A program made the position numbers and the translations under genes. Source: an uncultured Christensenella sp. (GTDB lineage Bacteria > Bacillota > Clostridia > Christensenellales > UBA1242). Taken from it: 64,000 bases of DNA. Below the pieces are notes generated by a model. That model worked only from the letters and a program-made list of their open reading frames with translations, made no database searches and was not told the origin of the DNA. The DNA is taken from assembly GCA_949294455.1 (NCBI GenBank), contig CASFHD010000002.1, positions 150,674-214,673 on the forward strand, given 5' to 3'. Positions 1 to 10,216 of this stretch are shown piece by piece (position 1 is the stretch's first letter; every line of letters starts with the position of its first letter).

Positions 1-1500
1 GGTTTAGAAGGTTTTGTGGTCAAGGTAGAGGTTGATATTCATTCAGGTCTTCCTGGTATGGAAATCGTCGGTCTTCCAGATACCACCGTTAAAGAAAGCA
101 GAGAACGAGTAAAGTCGGCTATAAAAAACAGTAATATGGATTTTCCTGTTAACAAAATAATTGTAAATCTTGCACCTGCTGATGCTAAAAAAGAGGGTAG
201 TATTTATGACCTTCCTATTGCAATTTCTATCTTGCTCGCTAGTAAAAAATTTACTTCTTTTGATATTGATAGTTTCGTAATATTGGGGGAATTGTCTTTA
301 GATGGCAAAGTAACTAGAGTTAACGGTGTTTTACCTATGCTTATTAATGCTAAAGAAAAAGGTTTTAAAAAATTTATCATACCTTATGGCAATATTGAAG
401 AGGCCAGATATATTTCGGGAATTGAAGTATATGCTGTAAAAGACTTAAATGAATGTGTCAAATTTCTTTCTGGCGAAAAAATATTACATACTGTCGAACT
501 TTGCTCATTTGATGAGAAAAAACAAGCGATTAAATCTAATTATGATTTTAAATATGTTTTAGGTCAGGCCAGTGCAAAACGAGCGTTGGAAATTGCGGCG
601 GCGGGTGGTCATAATATAATTATGGTAGGCCCTCCAGGTGCGGGCAAAACTATGCTTGCAAAATGTTTTCCTAGCATATTGCCTGATTTAACATTTGAAG
701 AGGCTTTGGAAATTACAAAGATACATAGCGTGGCAGGTGTTTTAGATAGAGACACAGGGATAGTTGTTAATAGACCGTTTAGAGCACCTCATCATACGGC
801 AACTAAAATCTCGTTAATTGGTGGTACGGCAAAATGTGTCCCAGGAGAAATTAGTCTTGCACATAATGGTGTGCTATTTTTAGATGAATTGCCAGAGTTT
901 AATAGAAAAGTTATTGAAACATTACGCTCGCCTTTAGAAGATGGATTTATTACTATATCTAGACAAAGTCAAGCAATTACTTACCCTTGCAAGTTTACTC
1001 TTGTTGCTAGTATGAACCCTTGTCCTTGTGGGCATTATGGAGATGAAACAGGTAAATGTTCGTGCACGGACAGTATGATAAAGAATTATTTGAACAGAAT
1101 CTCTGGACCTATTATGGATAGAATAGATTTGCATGTAGATGTTAATAATGTTAAATTTGAAGATATTTCAAGCGAACAGTTGGAAGAACCTTCTTGTGAA
1201 ATTAAAAAGCGTGTTGATTTCGCTAGAAAAATTCAATTAGAGAGATTTAAAGGTAGTAATATATTTTGTAATAGTGCAATGACAGAAAAAGATATTAGAA
1301 AATATTGCGTTTTATCGTCTGAATGTAAGGCATTAATTGAACGGGCTTTTAAACTTTTAGATATGTCGGCTAGAGGTTATAATAGAATTTTAAAAATTTC
1401 TAGAACTATTGCTGACTTAGATGGAAGTGATGACATTTTGCCAAAACATATTGCAGAAGCAATTCAATATCGTGGCAAAGACACTAAATATTTTCAATAG
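1..1500 (+). CDS. comM: ComM/YifB-family Mg-chelatase-like AAA+ ATPase (5' end outside window)
   Basis: Frame open from base 1. Lon-protease-like N-domain (EVDIHSGLPGMEIVGLPDT), Walker A GPPGAGKT, Walker B LFLDELPEF, Cys-rich insert CPCGHYGDETGKCSC. Followed by dprA. Confidence 0.9.
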   Translation, partial: GLEGFVVKVEVDIHSGLPGMEIVGLPDTTVKESRERVKSAIKNSNMDFPVNKIIVNLAPADAKKEGSIYDLPIAISILLASKKFTSFDIDSFVILGELSLDGKVTRVNGVLPMLINAKEKGFKKFIIPYGNIEEARYISGIEVYAVKDLNECVKFLSGEKILHTVELCSFDEKKQAIKSNYDFKYVLGQASAKRALEIAAAGGHNIIMVGPPGAGKTMLAKCFPSILPDLTFEEALEITKIHSVAGVLDRDTGIVVNRPFRAPHHTATKISLIGGTAKCVPGEISLAHNGVLFLDELPEFNRKVIETLRSPLEDGFITISRQSQAITYPCKFTLVASMNPCPCGHYGDETGKCSCTDSMIKNYLNRISGPIMDRIDLHVDVNNVKFEDISSEQLEEPSCEIKKRVDFARKIQLERFKGSNIFCNSAMTEKDIRKYCVLSSECKALIERAFKLLDMSARGYNRILKISRTIADLDGSDDILPKHIAEAIQYRGKDTKYFQ

Positions 1501-1614
1501 ATTTCATTTAAAAAAACAGTTTTATATTAATATACAAATTTATTTTAGTTTTTTCTATATTATTTAAAATTAATATTTTACATTAATACATTTATAAAGG
1601 TTTATAGGAGAATT

Positions 1615-2694
1615 ATGGTAGCAGATGAGATAAATGCTATAATTATTGATAGCATAGAATTATCGTATGAAAAGAAGTTTAAATTATTCAGATTTTTTTC
1701 GCATTTAGGAAACATTTTAGACTTTATTAAAAAGAGTAAGGTTGAAGTTAGCAGTATTATTTCAAAAGATGAATATGATATGTTGTTAAAAGTGGCTGAT
1801 AAAGATTATTTTGAAAAGTTAATGACTAAATATAAACTGCAAGGAATAGAAATCTTGACTTTTATGTCTGATAATTATCCTAAGAAATTATTAGAAATTC
1901 CTTCACCTCCACTATGTTTATATTGCAAAGGGAATCTTCAATTATTAAACAGTCTTTCAGTTAGTGTGGTTGGAACTAGACACCCATCTGATTATGGGAA
2001 AATTATAACTAAAAAGTTATGTACTGAATTTGCTCAAGCTGGACTTACTATTATTTCTGGACTTGCGACCGGCGTTGATACTATTGCTCATAAAACCGCT
2101 TTAAACGAAGGTACAGGTACAATCGCAGTTATTGCGGGTGGGCATAACAAGATTTATCCAAAATCAAATGCTCAATTATTTGCTGAAATCTGCAAAAGCA
2201 ATTTGGTGGTATCGGAAAACCCACCAGACACTGAAAATCTCTCTTATTTGTTCCCTATTAGAAACAGAATAATCGCAGCATTATCAGATGCTGTTGTAAT
2301 CACTGAAGCTTCTTTAAAAAGTGGAACTATGCACACTAAAAATTATGCTATTGAATATAATAAAGATGTTTTTGCAGTGCCTGGAAATATCAATTCTAGG
2401 TTTAGTGAAGGGTGCAATATCGCAATTAAAGATTTGCAGGCTATACCTTTATTAGATGCAAAACAAGTTTTTGACACATTGAATGTTTTGCCAATACAAA
2501 TAAAACAAACTGAAAATTCTCTTGACAAAAAGGCCAGTGTTATATTAGATTATATAAGGTCTGAAAAGAAAAGTTTTGACGATATTTTACATTTTACAAA
2601 GTTATCGTCAAGCGAACTTAATATATTTCTATTAGACTTAGAACTTGCAGGTAAGGTTCAAAAACTTGCTGGCAATTATTATATGGGAATTTAA
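1615..2694 (+). CDS. dprA: DNA-processing protein DprA/Smf
   Basis: AGGAG SD 7 nt upstream. DprA Rossmann-like core motifs VVGTRHPSDYG, GLATGVDTIAHKTAL, FPIRNRIIAALSD, SGTMHT. Conserved dprA-topA adjacency. Confidence 0.9.
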   Translation: MVADEINAIIIDSIELSYEKKFKLFRFFSHLGNILDFIKKSKVEVSSIISKDEYDMLLKVADKDYFEKLMTKYKLQGIEILTFMSDNYPKKLLEIPSPPLCLYCKGNLQLLNSLSVSVVGTRHPSDYGKIITKKLCTEFAQAGLTIISGLATGVDTIAHKTALNEGTGTIAVIAGGHNKIYPKSNAQLFAEICKSNLVVSENPPDTENLSYLFPIRNRIIAALSDAVVITEASLKSGTMHTKNYAIEYNKDVFAVPGNINSRFSEGCNIAIKDLQAIPLLDAKQVFDTLNVLPIQIKQTENSLDKKASVILDYIRSEKKSFDDILHFTKLSSSELNIFLLDLELAGKVQKLAGNYYMGI

Positions 2695-2696
2695 TT

Positions 2697-4793
2697 ATGA
2701 AGTTAGTTTTAATTGAGGGACCAGGTAAAAAAGAAGCTATTCAAAAATATCTTGGTAAGGATTATACAGTTTTTGCAACAAAGGGACATATTCGTGATTT
2801 GCCTGTTAATAAATTAGGTGTAGATGTAAATAAAAGGTTTGAACCTAGTTATGAAATCTTAAGCGATAAAAATCAAGTAGTAAAAGAAATGCTTGATTTG
2901 TATAAAAAGGCTGATGAAGTTTATTTGGCTACCGACCCAGATAGAGAGGGTGAAGCAATTTCTTGGCATATTTTAACAATTTTAGGTCTTGATAATTATG
3001 CGAAAGTTAGAACCTCATTTAATGAAATTTCAAAAGATGCTATTTTGAAAAGTATTCAAAATCCTAGATCAATTGATTATAATATCGTGGCAGCACAAAC
3101 TGCTAGGCGTGTTTTAGATAGATTGATGGGTTATAAGTTATCTCCATTATTATCTAGAAAAATTAAGGGTAAATTGTCTGCAGGTAGGGTTCAATCAGTT
3201 GCTCTTAAAATTATCGTTGAGCGTGAAAAGAAAATTAATTCTTTTGTCCCTAGTGAATATTGGAATATTTTTGGTCTTTTAAACAAATTAGATGATTCAC
3301 ATTCTTTTAAATTCAGTTTAGAAACTAAAAATGGCAAAAAAATAGATGTAAAATCTCAGCAGGAGGCACAATCTGTGCTCGATTTTTTGCGTTGTAATAA
3401 TCCTGTTGTATCAGATATTAAAAGCGAAGTTGTTTCAAATAAACCAAATGCTCCATATATTACATCAACTTTACAACAAGATGCTATTAATAAATTAAAA
3501 TTGTCATTAAAACAAGTTACTTCGATTTTACAAAATTTATATGAAGGTGTTAGTATTCAGGGTGAAGGAAAGGTAGCTTTAATTACTTATATTAGAACGG
3601 ATAGTACAAGAGTTTCTGAACAAGCACAAATTATGGCTAAAAATTATATCATTGAAAAGTATGGCGCAAATTATGCTCCTAAAAAATTTAATATATATAC
3701 TTCTAAAAAAAGTGCTCAAGATGCTCACGAAGCAATTCGTCCTATTAACCTTAATAGAACTCCAGAAAATTTAAAAGGTAAAATAGATGAAAACTTTTTA
3801 AAAATGTACACGCTAATTTTTAATAGATTTATCGCTAGTCAAATGTCTAACGCTCAATATGATAGTTTGCAAGTAACTTTAACTTGTGGTGAATATGGCT
3901 TGAAATCAAGCGGAAAGGCTTTAAAATTTGACGGTTTTACAAAAGTGTATAAGTTGGACGGCGAAGATGCTACAGGCATTGATATTCCAAATCTAAATAT
4001 TGGCGAAACAGTAAAGATTGAAAAATTGGAAAGTGAACAAAAATTTACAAAACCACCAGTGCGTTTTACTGAAGCAAGTATGGTAAAAGAAATGGAAGAT
4101 AAAGGAATAGGTCGTCCTGCAACTTACGCTTCAACTATTCTTACTATTTTGAATAGGCAATATATTAAAAAAGACGGTAAAATGCTTGTCCCTACTGAAT
4201 TGGGTTTTCAAGTAACAGAATATTTGGAAAAATATTTTACTGATCTTATGAATATTAAGTTTACTGCAGATATGGAAAAAAATCTTGATGAAGTTGAATT
4301 TGGTAAATTGAATTGGAGAAATTTAGTAAATGATTTCTACTGGGATTTTGAAAAGAAATTAATTGAAGCGTATAAAACTAGCGAAAATGTCAAACTTGAA
4401 CCAAACAAATCAGGTATAAAATGCGATAAATGTGGCGGTGAAATGGTTTATAGGGAAAGTAAATTTGGTAAATTTTTGGCTTGTTCTAATTTCCCTGTAT
4501 GTAAAAATACAATGAATATCGCAAAAACTGAATCAGATGAACAATTGGGGGTTTGCCCAAAGTGCGGGTCTTCAGTTAGTTTGAAAAAAAGCAAAAAGGG
4601 CAGAGCCTTCTATGGATGTGATAACTATCCTAATTGCGATTTTGTATCTTGGTATCTGCCAACAGGTAAAATTTGTCCTAATTGTGGTGAAATGCTATAT
4701 TTAAGAGAATTAAAAGAAGGGAAAATCTTAAAGTGCCACAAACGAGGTTGTAATTATAGTGAAAAATTTGATGATACTCAAAATGGCAATTAA
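2697..4793 (+). CDS. topA: DNA topoisomerase I
   Basis: Toprim N-terminus (LVLIEGPGKK, DPDREGEAISWH), catalytic-Tyr region ITYIRTDSTR, several C-terminal CxxC...CxxC zinc ribbons. Confidence 0.95.
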   Translation: MKLVLIEGPGKKEAIQKYLGKDYTVFATKGHIRDLPVNKLGVDVNKRFEPSYEILSDKNQVVKEMLDLYKKADEVYLATDPDREGEAISWHILTILGLDNYAKVRTSFNEISKDAILKSIQNPRSIDYNIVAAQTARRVLDRLMGYKLSPLLSRKIKGKLSAGRVQSVALKIIVEREKKINSFVPSEYWNIFGLLNKLDDSHSFKFSLETKNGKKIDVKSQQEAQSVLDFLRCNNPVVSDIKSEVVSNKPNAPYITSTLQQDAINKLKLSLKQVTSILQNLYEGVSIQGEGKVALITYIRTDSTRVSEQAQIMAKNYIIEKYGANYAPKKFNIYTSKKSAQDAHEAIRPINLNRTPENLKGKIDENFLKMYTLIFNRFIASQMSNAQYDSLQVTLTCGEYGLKSSGKALKFDGFTKVYKLDGEDATGIDIPNLNIGETVKIEKLESEQKFTKPPVRFTEASMVKEMEDKGIGRPATYASTILTILNRQYIKKDGKMLVPTELGFQVTEYLEKYFTDLMNIKFTADMEKNLDEVEFGKLNWRNLVNDFYWDFEKKLIEAYKTSENVKLEPNKSGIKCDKCGGEMVYRESKFGKFLACSNFPVCKNTMNIAKTESDEQLGVCPKCGSSVSLKKSKKGRAFYGCDNYPNCDFVSWYLPTGKICPNCGEMLYLRELKEGKILKCHKRGCNYSEKFDDTQNGN

Positions 4794-4999
4794 AAGTCAA
4801 TATTAATTTGTTTAGTCGTTTAAATAATATATTTATAATTGAAATTATTATCTAAATTAGTATAGACATATAAAAAGTCTTTAAAGCGTTATAGAATTAG
4901 CTATTTTAGTATTAAAATATTTTAAAGGATATTTATTTAACAAACAAAGAAATTAAACTATACAAAAAAATAAATTATTTATTATTAAAAGGATTATTT

Positions 5000-5536
5000 A
5001 TGGATTTAAGAGGAACAACTATTTTAGCAGTTAAAAAGGGTAAAAAAACAGTAATTATTGGTGATGGTCAAGTAACAATGGGGGAAAGTGTAATATTTAA
5101 AAGCAATGCACACAAAGTTAGACGACTTTTTAATGATAACATTTTAGTAGGGTTTGCTGGCACTACTGTTGATGCTTTTAGTCTTTGCGAACAATTTGAA
5201 AAAATGCTTTCAAAATATTCAGGCAGTTTGATTAGAAGCGCCGTAGAACTTGCAAAGTCAATAAGGGAAAATCCAAAAGGTAACACTAATGCTTTAATGA
5301 TTGTAGCTGATAAAACTCAACTATTAATTGTTACAAGTGTGGGTGATGTTATTGAGCCTGATGACGGCGTGTGTGCTATAGGTAGTGGTGGTAATTATGC
5401 TTTATCTGCTGCTAAAGCTTTGGTTAGAAATACTGACCTTGATGCAAAAGATATTGCTTTAAAGGCTATGGATATAGCAAGCGACCTTTGCGTGTTTACA
5501 AACAAAAATTTTGTTGTGGAGGAGTTAAGTGAATAA
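5000..5536 (+). CDS. hslV: ATP-dependent protease subunit HslV (ClpQ)
   Basis: N-terminal GTTILAV (Thr nucleophile after short leader), GFAGTTVDAF, GSGGNYA. Directly followed by and overlapping hslU. Confidence 0.9.
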   Translation: MDLRGTTILAVKKGKKTVIIGDGQVTMGESVIFKSNAHKVRRLFNDNILVGFAGTTVDAFSLCEQFEKMLSKYSGSLIRSAVELAKSIRENPKGNTNALMIVADKTQLLIVTSVGDVIEPDDGVCAIGSGGNYALSAAKALVRNTDLDAKDIALKAMDIASDLCVFTNKNFVVEELSE

Positions 5537-6839
5537 GGTTTTAAGTTGTAGTGAAATTGTAGAAAAACTTGATGAATATATTGTAGGTCAAGATAAAGCA
5601 AAAAAAGCAGTTGCAATTGCTCTTAGAAATAGATATAGAAGAAGTGCTTTAGACCCTTCTTTGAAAGATGAAATTACACCAAAAAACATTATATTAAAAG
5701 GTCCAACCGGTGTGGGTAAAACAGAAATCGCAAGACGACTTGCAAAACTTGTTTCAGCACCTTTTGTAAAAGTTGAAGCTACTAAATATACTGAAGTGGG
5801 TTATGTTGGAAGAGATGTCGAAAGTATGGTTCGCGATTTAGTAGAAGATGCAATTAGAATTGTAAAGCGTGAACAAAGTGAAAAAATTAAAGATAGAGCG
5901 ATAGTAAATGTCAATAAAAAATTAAAAGATTTGTTGTATCCTGTAAAAAAATTGCAAAAACCTGAAAATATGGAGACGGCGGATTTTAAACGCGACTTTG
6001 AAAATGCTTTTGACGCAGGAATTTTCGACAAAGATATGGTCGATATTGAAGTTAATGAAAAACCTAAACAAATTGATATTTTAGCAACAGGTGGCGAAAT
6101 TAATATCGGTCAAATAATGGGCGGTATAATCGGCGGTAGTAAAAAATTAAAAAAGATGACAGTTGAAGATGCTCGAAATCACTTGTTAGAAGAAGAATGC
6201 GACAGATTGCTTGACCACGATACTATAAACAAAGAAGCAATTTATAGAGCAGAACAAGATGGTATTATTTTTATTGATGAAATTGACAAAATAGCAGCCA
6301 AAAAGAATAATGGACAAGATGTATCTAGAGAAGGTGTTCAAAGAGATATTTTACCTATTGTTGAAGGTAGTACTGTAAACACAAAATATGGTGTAGTTAA
6401 AACTGATTATATGCTATTTATAGCAGCGGGTGCTTTCCAAATTTCTAGTGTTTCAGATTTAATTCCTGAACTTCAAGGGCGTTTCCCTATCATTGTCGAA
6501 CTTTCAAGTTTGACAAAAGATGATTTTAAAAAGATTTTAACTGTGCCACAAAATGCAGTAACAAAACAATATATTGAAATTTTAAAAGTAGATAAAGTCA
6601 ATCTTTCATTTACTGATGATGCTATTGATGAAATTGCTACACTTGCTGAACTCGAAAATGATGAAAAAGAAAACTTGGGCGCTAGAAGGTTACAAACTAT
6701 TATGGAAAATCTTTTAGAAGATGTTTCATTTAATGCAGATGGTAGCAAAGAAATTGCGTTAAATGTCAATGGTCAGTTTGTAAAAGAAAAATTAAAAGGC
6801 GACTTAAATATTTTAGATTTCAAAAAGTATATTTTGTAA
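5529..6839 (+). CDS. hslU: ATP-dependent protease ATPase subunit HslU (ClpY)
   Basis: GTG start with GGAGG SD. IVGQDKAKKAVAIALRNRYRR, Walker A GPTGVGKTEIARRLA, IIFIDEIDKI, sensor region GRFPI. Confidence 0.95.
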   Translation: MNKVLSCSEIVEKLDEYIVGQDKAKKAVAIALRNRYRRSALDPSLKDEITPKNIILKGPTGVGKTEIARRLAKLVSAPFVKVEATKYTEVGYVGRDVESMVRDLVEDAIRIVKREQSEKIKDRAIVNVNKKLKDLLYPVKKLQKPENMETADFKRDFENAFDAGIFDKDMVDIEVNEKPKQIDILATGGEINIGQIMGGIIGGSKKLKKMTVEDARNHLLEEECDRLLDHDTINKEAIYRAEQDGIIFIDEIDKIAAKKNNGQDVSREGVQRDILPIVEGSTVNTKYGVVKTDYMLFIAAGAFQISSVSDLIPELQGRFPIIVELSSLTKDDFKKILTVPQNAVTKQYIEILKVDKVNLSFTDDAIDEIATLAELENDEKENLGARRLQTIMENLLEDVSFNADGSKEIALNVNGQFVKEKLKGDLNILDFKKYIL

Positions 6840-6894
6840 TTTTAAAGTATATAAGTAAATATTCAAATATTAAAATTTAGTAAAAAGAGGTTCT

Positions 6895-8022
6895 ATGACG
6901 GCGGATTTAGACTTTGATTTGTTAGAGGTAAGAAAAGTTGTAGCAAGTATTAAAAGACCTTTAGCAGAATTTGATAAAATTACCATTCAGCCTGTTGAAA
7001 TTAAAAACAAAAGAATGTTTCAAAAAATCGCTACAAAAAACAATTTGGTTTTTCACAAAAACTTTGATATAAGTCAATTTGACAATGTTTTAAAAAATCT
7101 AATTAAAGATTATGAACGAATAAATATTTTTACAACTAGTTATGAATATATTTTGCTTACAAATGGTAGTTTGAAAGTCAAAAAAAAGGCTGTTATAAAT
7201 TCTCCTACAATAAATTTAGAGCATAACAAAAAGAAAAATTACATTTTAAATGAGGGCGATAATATTCCTGCTTTTGTTGAACTTGGCATTTTTACTAAAG
7301 ATTTTAAACTAGTAAGTCAAATGTCTGAAAAATTCAAACAAATTAATAGGTTTGTTGAAATTATTGATGGCAAACTTGACAAAAATATTAAAAAGTTAAA
7401 CATTGTAGATTTTGGCTGTGGGAAATCTTATCTTACTTTTATCCTTTATCATTATTTAAAGAATGTTCGTGGTATTGATGTGAATATAGTGGGATATGAT
7501 TTGAAAACAGATGTAATTAAAAAATGTAATGAAATAGCAAAAAAATATCATTATGATAATCTACATTTTGTAGAAGCAAATGTCGAAACGGAAAAAGATA
7601 CTTATAAATCTGCTGATATGATAATATCTTTACACGCTTGCGATACGGCAACTGATTATGCTTTATATTATGCTATAAAGTATGGGGTAAAATACATTTT
7701 CTCTGTGCCTTGTTGTCAGCGGGAAATAAATTCTCAAATTAAGTTAGATGGAAATCTTGAAATTTTGCAAAAAGAAGGTTTAATCAAAGAGCGTTTCTCT
7801 GCATTACTGACAGATGCTATTAGAGTGGAAGTTTTAAAATCTTTTGGGTATAATACTTCTACAATAGAATTTGTGGGGTTTGACACTACACCTAAAAATA
7901 TATTAATTATGGCAAAAAAGGCAGTAGGCAAAAAAAATAAGTCTATTGAAAATCTTATTCAACTTGAAACTAACTTTCATTTTAAACAAAAGTTGATAGA
8001 ACTTGTAACAAGTTTGCATTAA
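6895..8022 (+). CDS. class I SAM-dependent methyltransferase, substrate unknown
   Basis: AGAGG SD. Motif I VDFGCGKSYLTF followed by acidic GYDL and a conserved HACDTATD block. No specific family recognised. Confidence 0.55.
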   Translation: MTADLDFDLLEVRKVVASIKRPLAEFDKITIQPVEIKNKRMFQKIATKNNLVFHKNFDISQFDNVLKNLIKDYERINIFTTSYEYILLTNGSLKVKKKAVINSPTINLEHNKKKNYILNEGDNIPAFVELGIFTKDFKLVSQMSEKFKQINRFVEIIDGKLDKNIKKLNIVDFGCGKSYLTFILYHYLKNVRGIDVNIVGYDLKTDVIKKCNEIAKKYHYDNLHFVEANVETEKDTYKSADMIISLHACDTATDYALYYAIKYGVKYIFSVPCCQREINSQIKLDGNLEILQKEGLIKERFSALLTDAIRVEVLKSFGYNTSTIEFVGFDTTPKNILIMAKKAVGKKNKSIENLIQLETNFHFKQKLIELVTSLH

Positions 8023-8037
8023 TTTTAAAAAAACTTC

Positions 8038-8066
8038 TTGCAAAACACTGATTCTTGTTGTATAAT
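8038..8066 (+). promoter_or_regulatory. sigmaA-type promoter of trxA (TTGCAA-17-TATAAT)
   Basis: TTGCAA at 8038-8043, 17-nt spacer, TATAAT at 8061-8066, about 50 nt before the trxA ATG. Confidence 0.55.
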
Positions 8067-8116
8067 GAAGTTGAATAATTAATTCATTCGTTAATTATCT
8101 TTAAAAGAGGGGAAAT

Positions 8117-8431
8117 ATGGAAATTGTTAATAAATCTAATTTTGATAGCGTTATCGCTTCTGGTAAACTAACCTTGGTTGATTTTTCAGCAACTTGGTGT
8201 ATGCCTTGCAGAATGGTGGCTCCTATTTTAGAAAAAATCGCTAATAACAAACCTGATTTAGTCAATATCGTAAAACTTGATATCGATGAAAGCGAAGAAA
8301 TTGCACGCCGTTACAGAGTATTTTCAGTTCCTACTTTAATGCTTTTTAAAGATGGTGAAAATTTGGATAGTATGGTGGGTTTAAACACCTATGAAAAAAT
8401 TTTGGAATTTATTGAAAAACATTCCAAATAA
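8117..8431 (+). CDS. trxA: thioredoxin with non-canonical WCMPC active site
   Basis: AGAGGGG SD. 104 aa thioredoxin fold (LVDFSATWCMPCRMVAPILE ... VPTLMLFKDGE). Active site at 8195-8209 reads W-C-M-P-C. Confidence 0.9.
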   Translation: MEIVNKSNFDSVIASGKLTLVDFSATWCMPCRMVAPILEKIANNKPDLVNIVKLDIDESEEIARRYRVFSVPTLMLFKDGENLDSMVGLNTYEKILEFIEKHSK

Positions 8432-8439
8432 GGAGAATT

Positions 8440-9630
8440 ATGGACAACAAAATCTATTTAGACAATGCTTCTACTACTATGATGAGTGCAGAAGTTGTAA
8501 ATGCTATGATGCCTGTTTTTAACGATGTTTATGGTAATCCTTCTTCAACACACGAGGAAGGCAGAAGGGCTAGTAAACTTTTAGATGACGCTAGGGACTC
8601 TATCGCTGAAACTTTGAATGTTTCGTCAAGTGAAATTTATTTTACTTCAGGTGGTACTGAGGCTAATAATTGGGCTATTATTGGGCTTGCGTATGCAAAT
8701 GCTAGCAAGGGTAAACACATTATTACTTCTAAAATTGAACATCATTCAGTTTTAGATGCGTGTGCTTTTTTGGAAACACAAGGTTTTGAAGTAACATATT
8801 TGAATGTTGATAAGTTCGGTTTTATCAACTTTGCTGAATTTTTAGGCGCTTTTAGAAAAGACACTATTTTAGTTTCTATTATGTCTGCAAACAATGAGTT
8901 GGGTACTGTTCAAAATTTAAAAGCAATTGGTGTTACTTGCCGTGAAAATAATGTTATTTTCCATACAGATGCTGTGCAATTATATGGAAATATGACTATT
9001 GACCCTAATGAAATGTATATTGATGCTTTAACTATATCAGCACATAAAATTTATGGACCTAAGGGAGTTGGGGCTCTATATTTAAGAAAGGGTATTAAAA
9101 TTAATAATATAATTTATGGTGGTATGCAGGAAAGCGGTAAGCGTGGCGGTACTGAATCTGTTATGAATATTGTTGGCTTTGCAAAAGCTTGCGAAGTGTC
9201 TTATAGAGATATTGTAGCAAATAATTATAAACTAAATCAATTAGAAAATTATTTGGTTGAAAAATTAAAGGAAATTCCTGATTGTGAAATTAATGCATTA
9301 TCTCAACAAAAAGTACCACAAATCATTTCAGTGAGTTTTGATGCAGTTGACAAAGATACACTTCTTATGATGCTCGACTTAAATGGTGTATATTGCAGTG
9401 CGGGTAGTGCTTGTATGGCAGGTAGCAGTAAACCTAGTCATGTATTGCAAGCAATCAATATGTCTATTTCGGTTATTAATAGCACTATAAGAATCAGTTT
9501 GTCTAAAAATAACACATTTGAAGAAATTGATTTGGCAGTAAATATTATTCGTGATTGTGTCGAGAAGATAAGGGCGTATTCACCTTTCTATACTACTAGA
9601 AAAAATGCAAAGAGGAAGAAAAATGTATAA
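8440..9630 (+). CDS. nifS: cysteine desulfurase, NifS/IscS class
   Basis: PLP-Lys motif SAHKIYGPKG, catalytic Cys loop SAGSACMAGSSKPSHVL, N-terminal YLDNASTT and GNPSSTHEEG. Confidence 0.9.
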   Translation: MDNKIYLDNASTTMMSAEVVNAMMPVFNDVYGNPSSTHEEGRRASKLLDDARDSIAETLNVSSSEIYFTSGGTEANNWAIIGLAYANASKGKHIITSKIEHHSVLDACAFLETQGFEVTYLNVDKFGFINFAEFLGAFRKDTILVSIMSANNELGTVQNLKAIGVTCRENNVIFHTDAVQLYGNMTIDPNEMYIDALTISAHKIYGPKGVGALYLRKGIKINNIIYGGMQESGKRGGTESVMNIVGFAKACEVSYRDIVANNYKLNQLENYLVEKLKEIPDCEINALSQQKVPQIISVSFDAVDKDTLLMMLDLNGVYCSAGSACMAGSSKPSHVLQAINMSISVINSTIRISLSKNNTFEEIDLAVNIIRDCVEKIRAYSPFYTTRKNAKRKKNV

Positions 9631-10009
9631 TGATATTGTTTTAAATCTTTTTAAAAATCTTGACAATGCTGGTAAACTTATAAAACCAGACGCAAAAGGC
9701 GAAGCAGGTAGTGAAGAAGAAGGAGTTGTAGTACAATTCGTTATGCATATTAATGACGGCATTATTGAAAATATTCACTTTAAAGCTTTTGCTGATGTTA
9801 TAACTACTGCGTGCTGTGAACTTGTTTGCAGAAAATTGAAAATGAAAACTTTAAATGAAGCGGCTTCTTTAACCAAAGAATCTTTAGAAAAAGAATTAAA
9901 AGTAGAAGGAAGTGATAACAATATTAGATATGTTGTTGAAGCAGTTATTTTCGCTTTATATGATTATAGGAATAAATTGGAAAAAAGTAAATCTAAAGCA
10001 GATGAATAA
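9623..10009 (+). CDS. NifU/IscU-like protein, degenerate (canonical Cys ligands absent)
   Basis: Start moved to ATG 9623 (AGAGGAAG SD; the track start 9605 lies inside nifS). Collinear with IscU (MY..V...F.N..N.G, DGII.., FKAF) but the GNPxCGD, FGCG and HCS positions read GSEEEGV, FADV and RYV. Confidence 0.55.
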   Translation: MYNDIVLNLFKNLDNAGKLIKPDAKGEAGSEEEGVVVQFVMHINDGIIENIHFKAFADVITTACCELVCRKLKMKTLNEAASLTKESLEKELKVEGSDNNIRYVVEAVIFALYDYRNKLEKSKSKADE

Positions 10010-10048
10010 TCTGTCTTTTTTTTTGCACCCTAATACTAGGAGGTTAAG

Positions 10049-10216
10049 ATGAAAGAGTTCTTATTTGGTCTTGGTCTTGGTATGGTGGCTGGCGCTTTTT
10101 TAGTTAAAAACAACAAACAAGCAAGTAAAATGGTTGATAAAGGCAACGAGGTTTTAAAAGAAACTGTACAAGTTGTAGAAGAAAAAATGAAAAAACCTAA
10201 ACAAACTACTAAATAA
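10049..10216 (+). CDS. small YtxH-like membrane protein (55 aa, below ORF-track cutoff)
   Basis: Strong SD AGGAGG 7 nt upstream. MKEFLFGLGLGMVAGAFLVKNNKQASKMVDKGNEVLKETVQVVEEKMKKPKQTTK: Gly-rich TM helix plus charged helix, as in the YtxH family. Confidence 0.5.
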   Translation: MKEFLFGLGLGMVAGAFLVKNNKQASKMVDKGNEVLKETVQVVEEKMKKPKQTTK

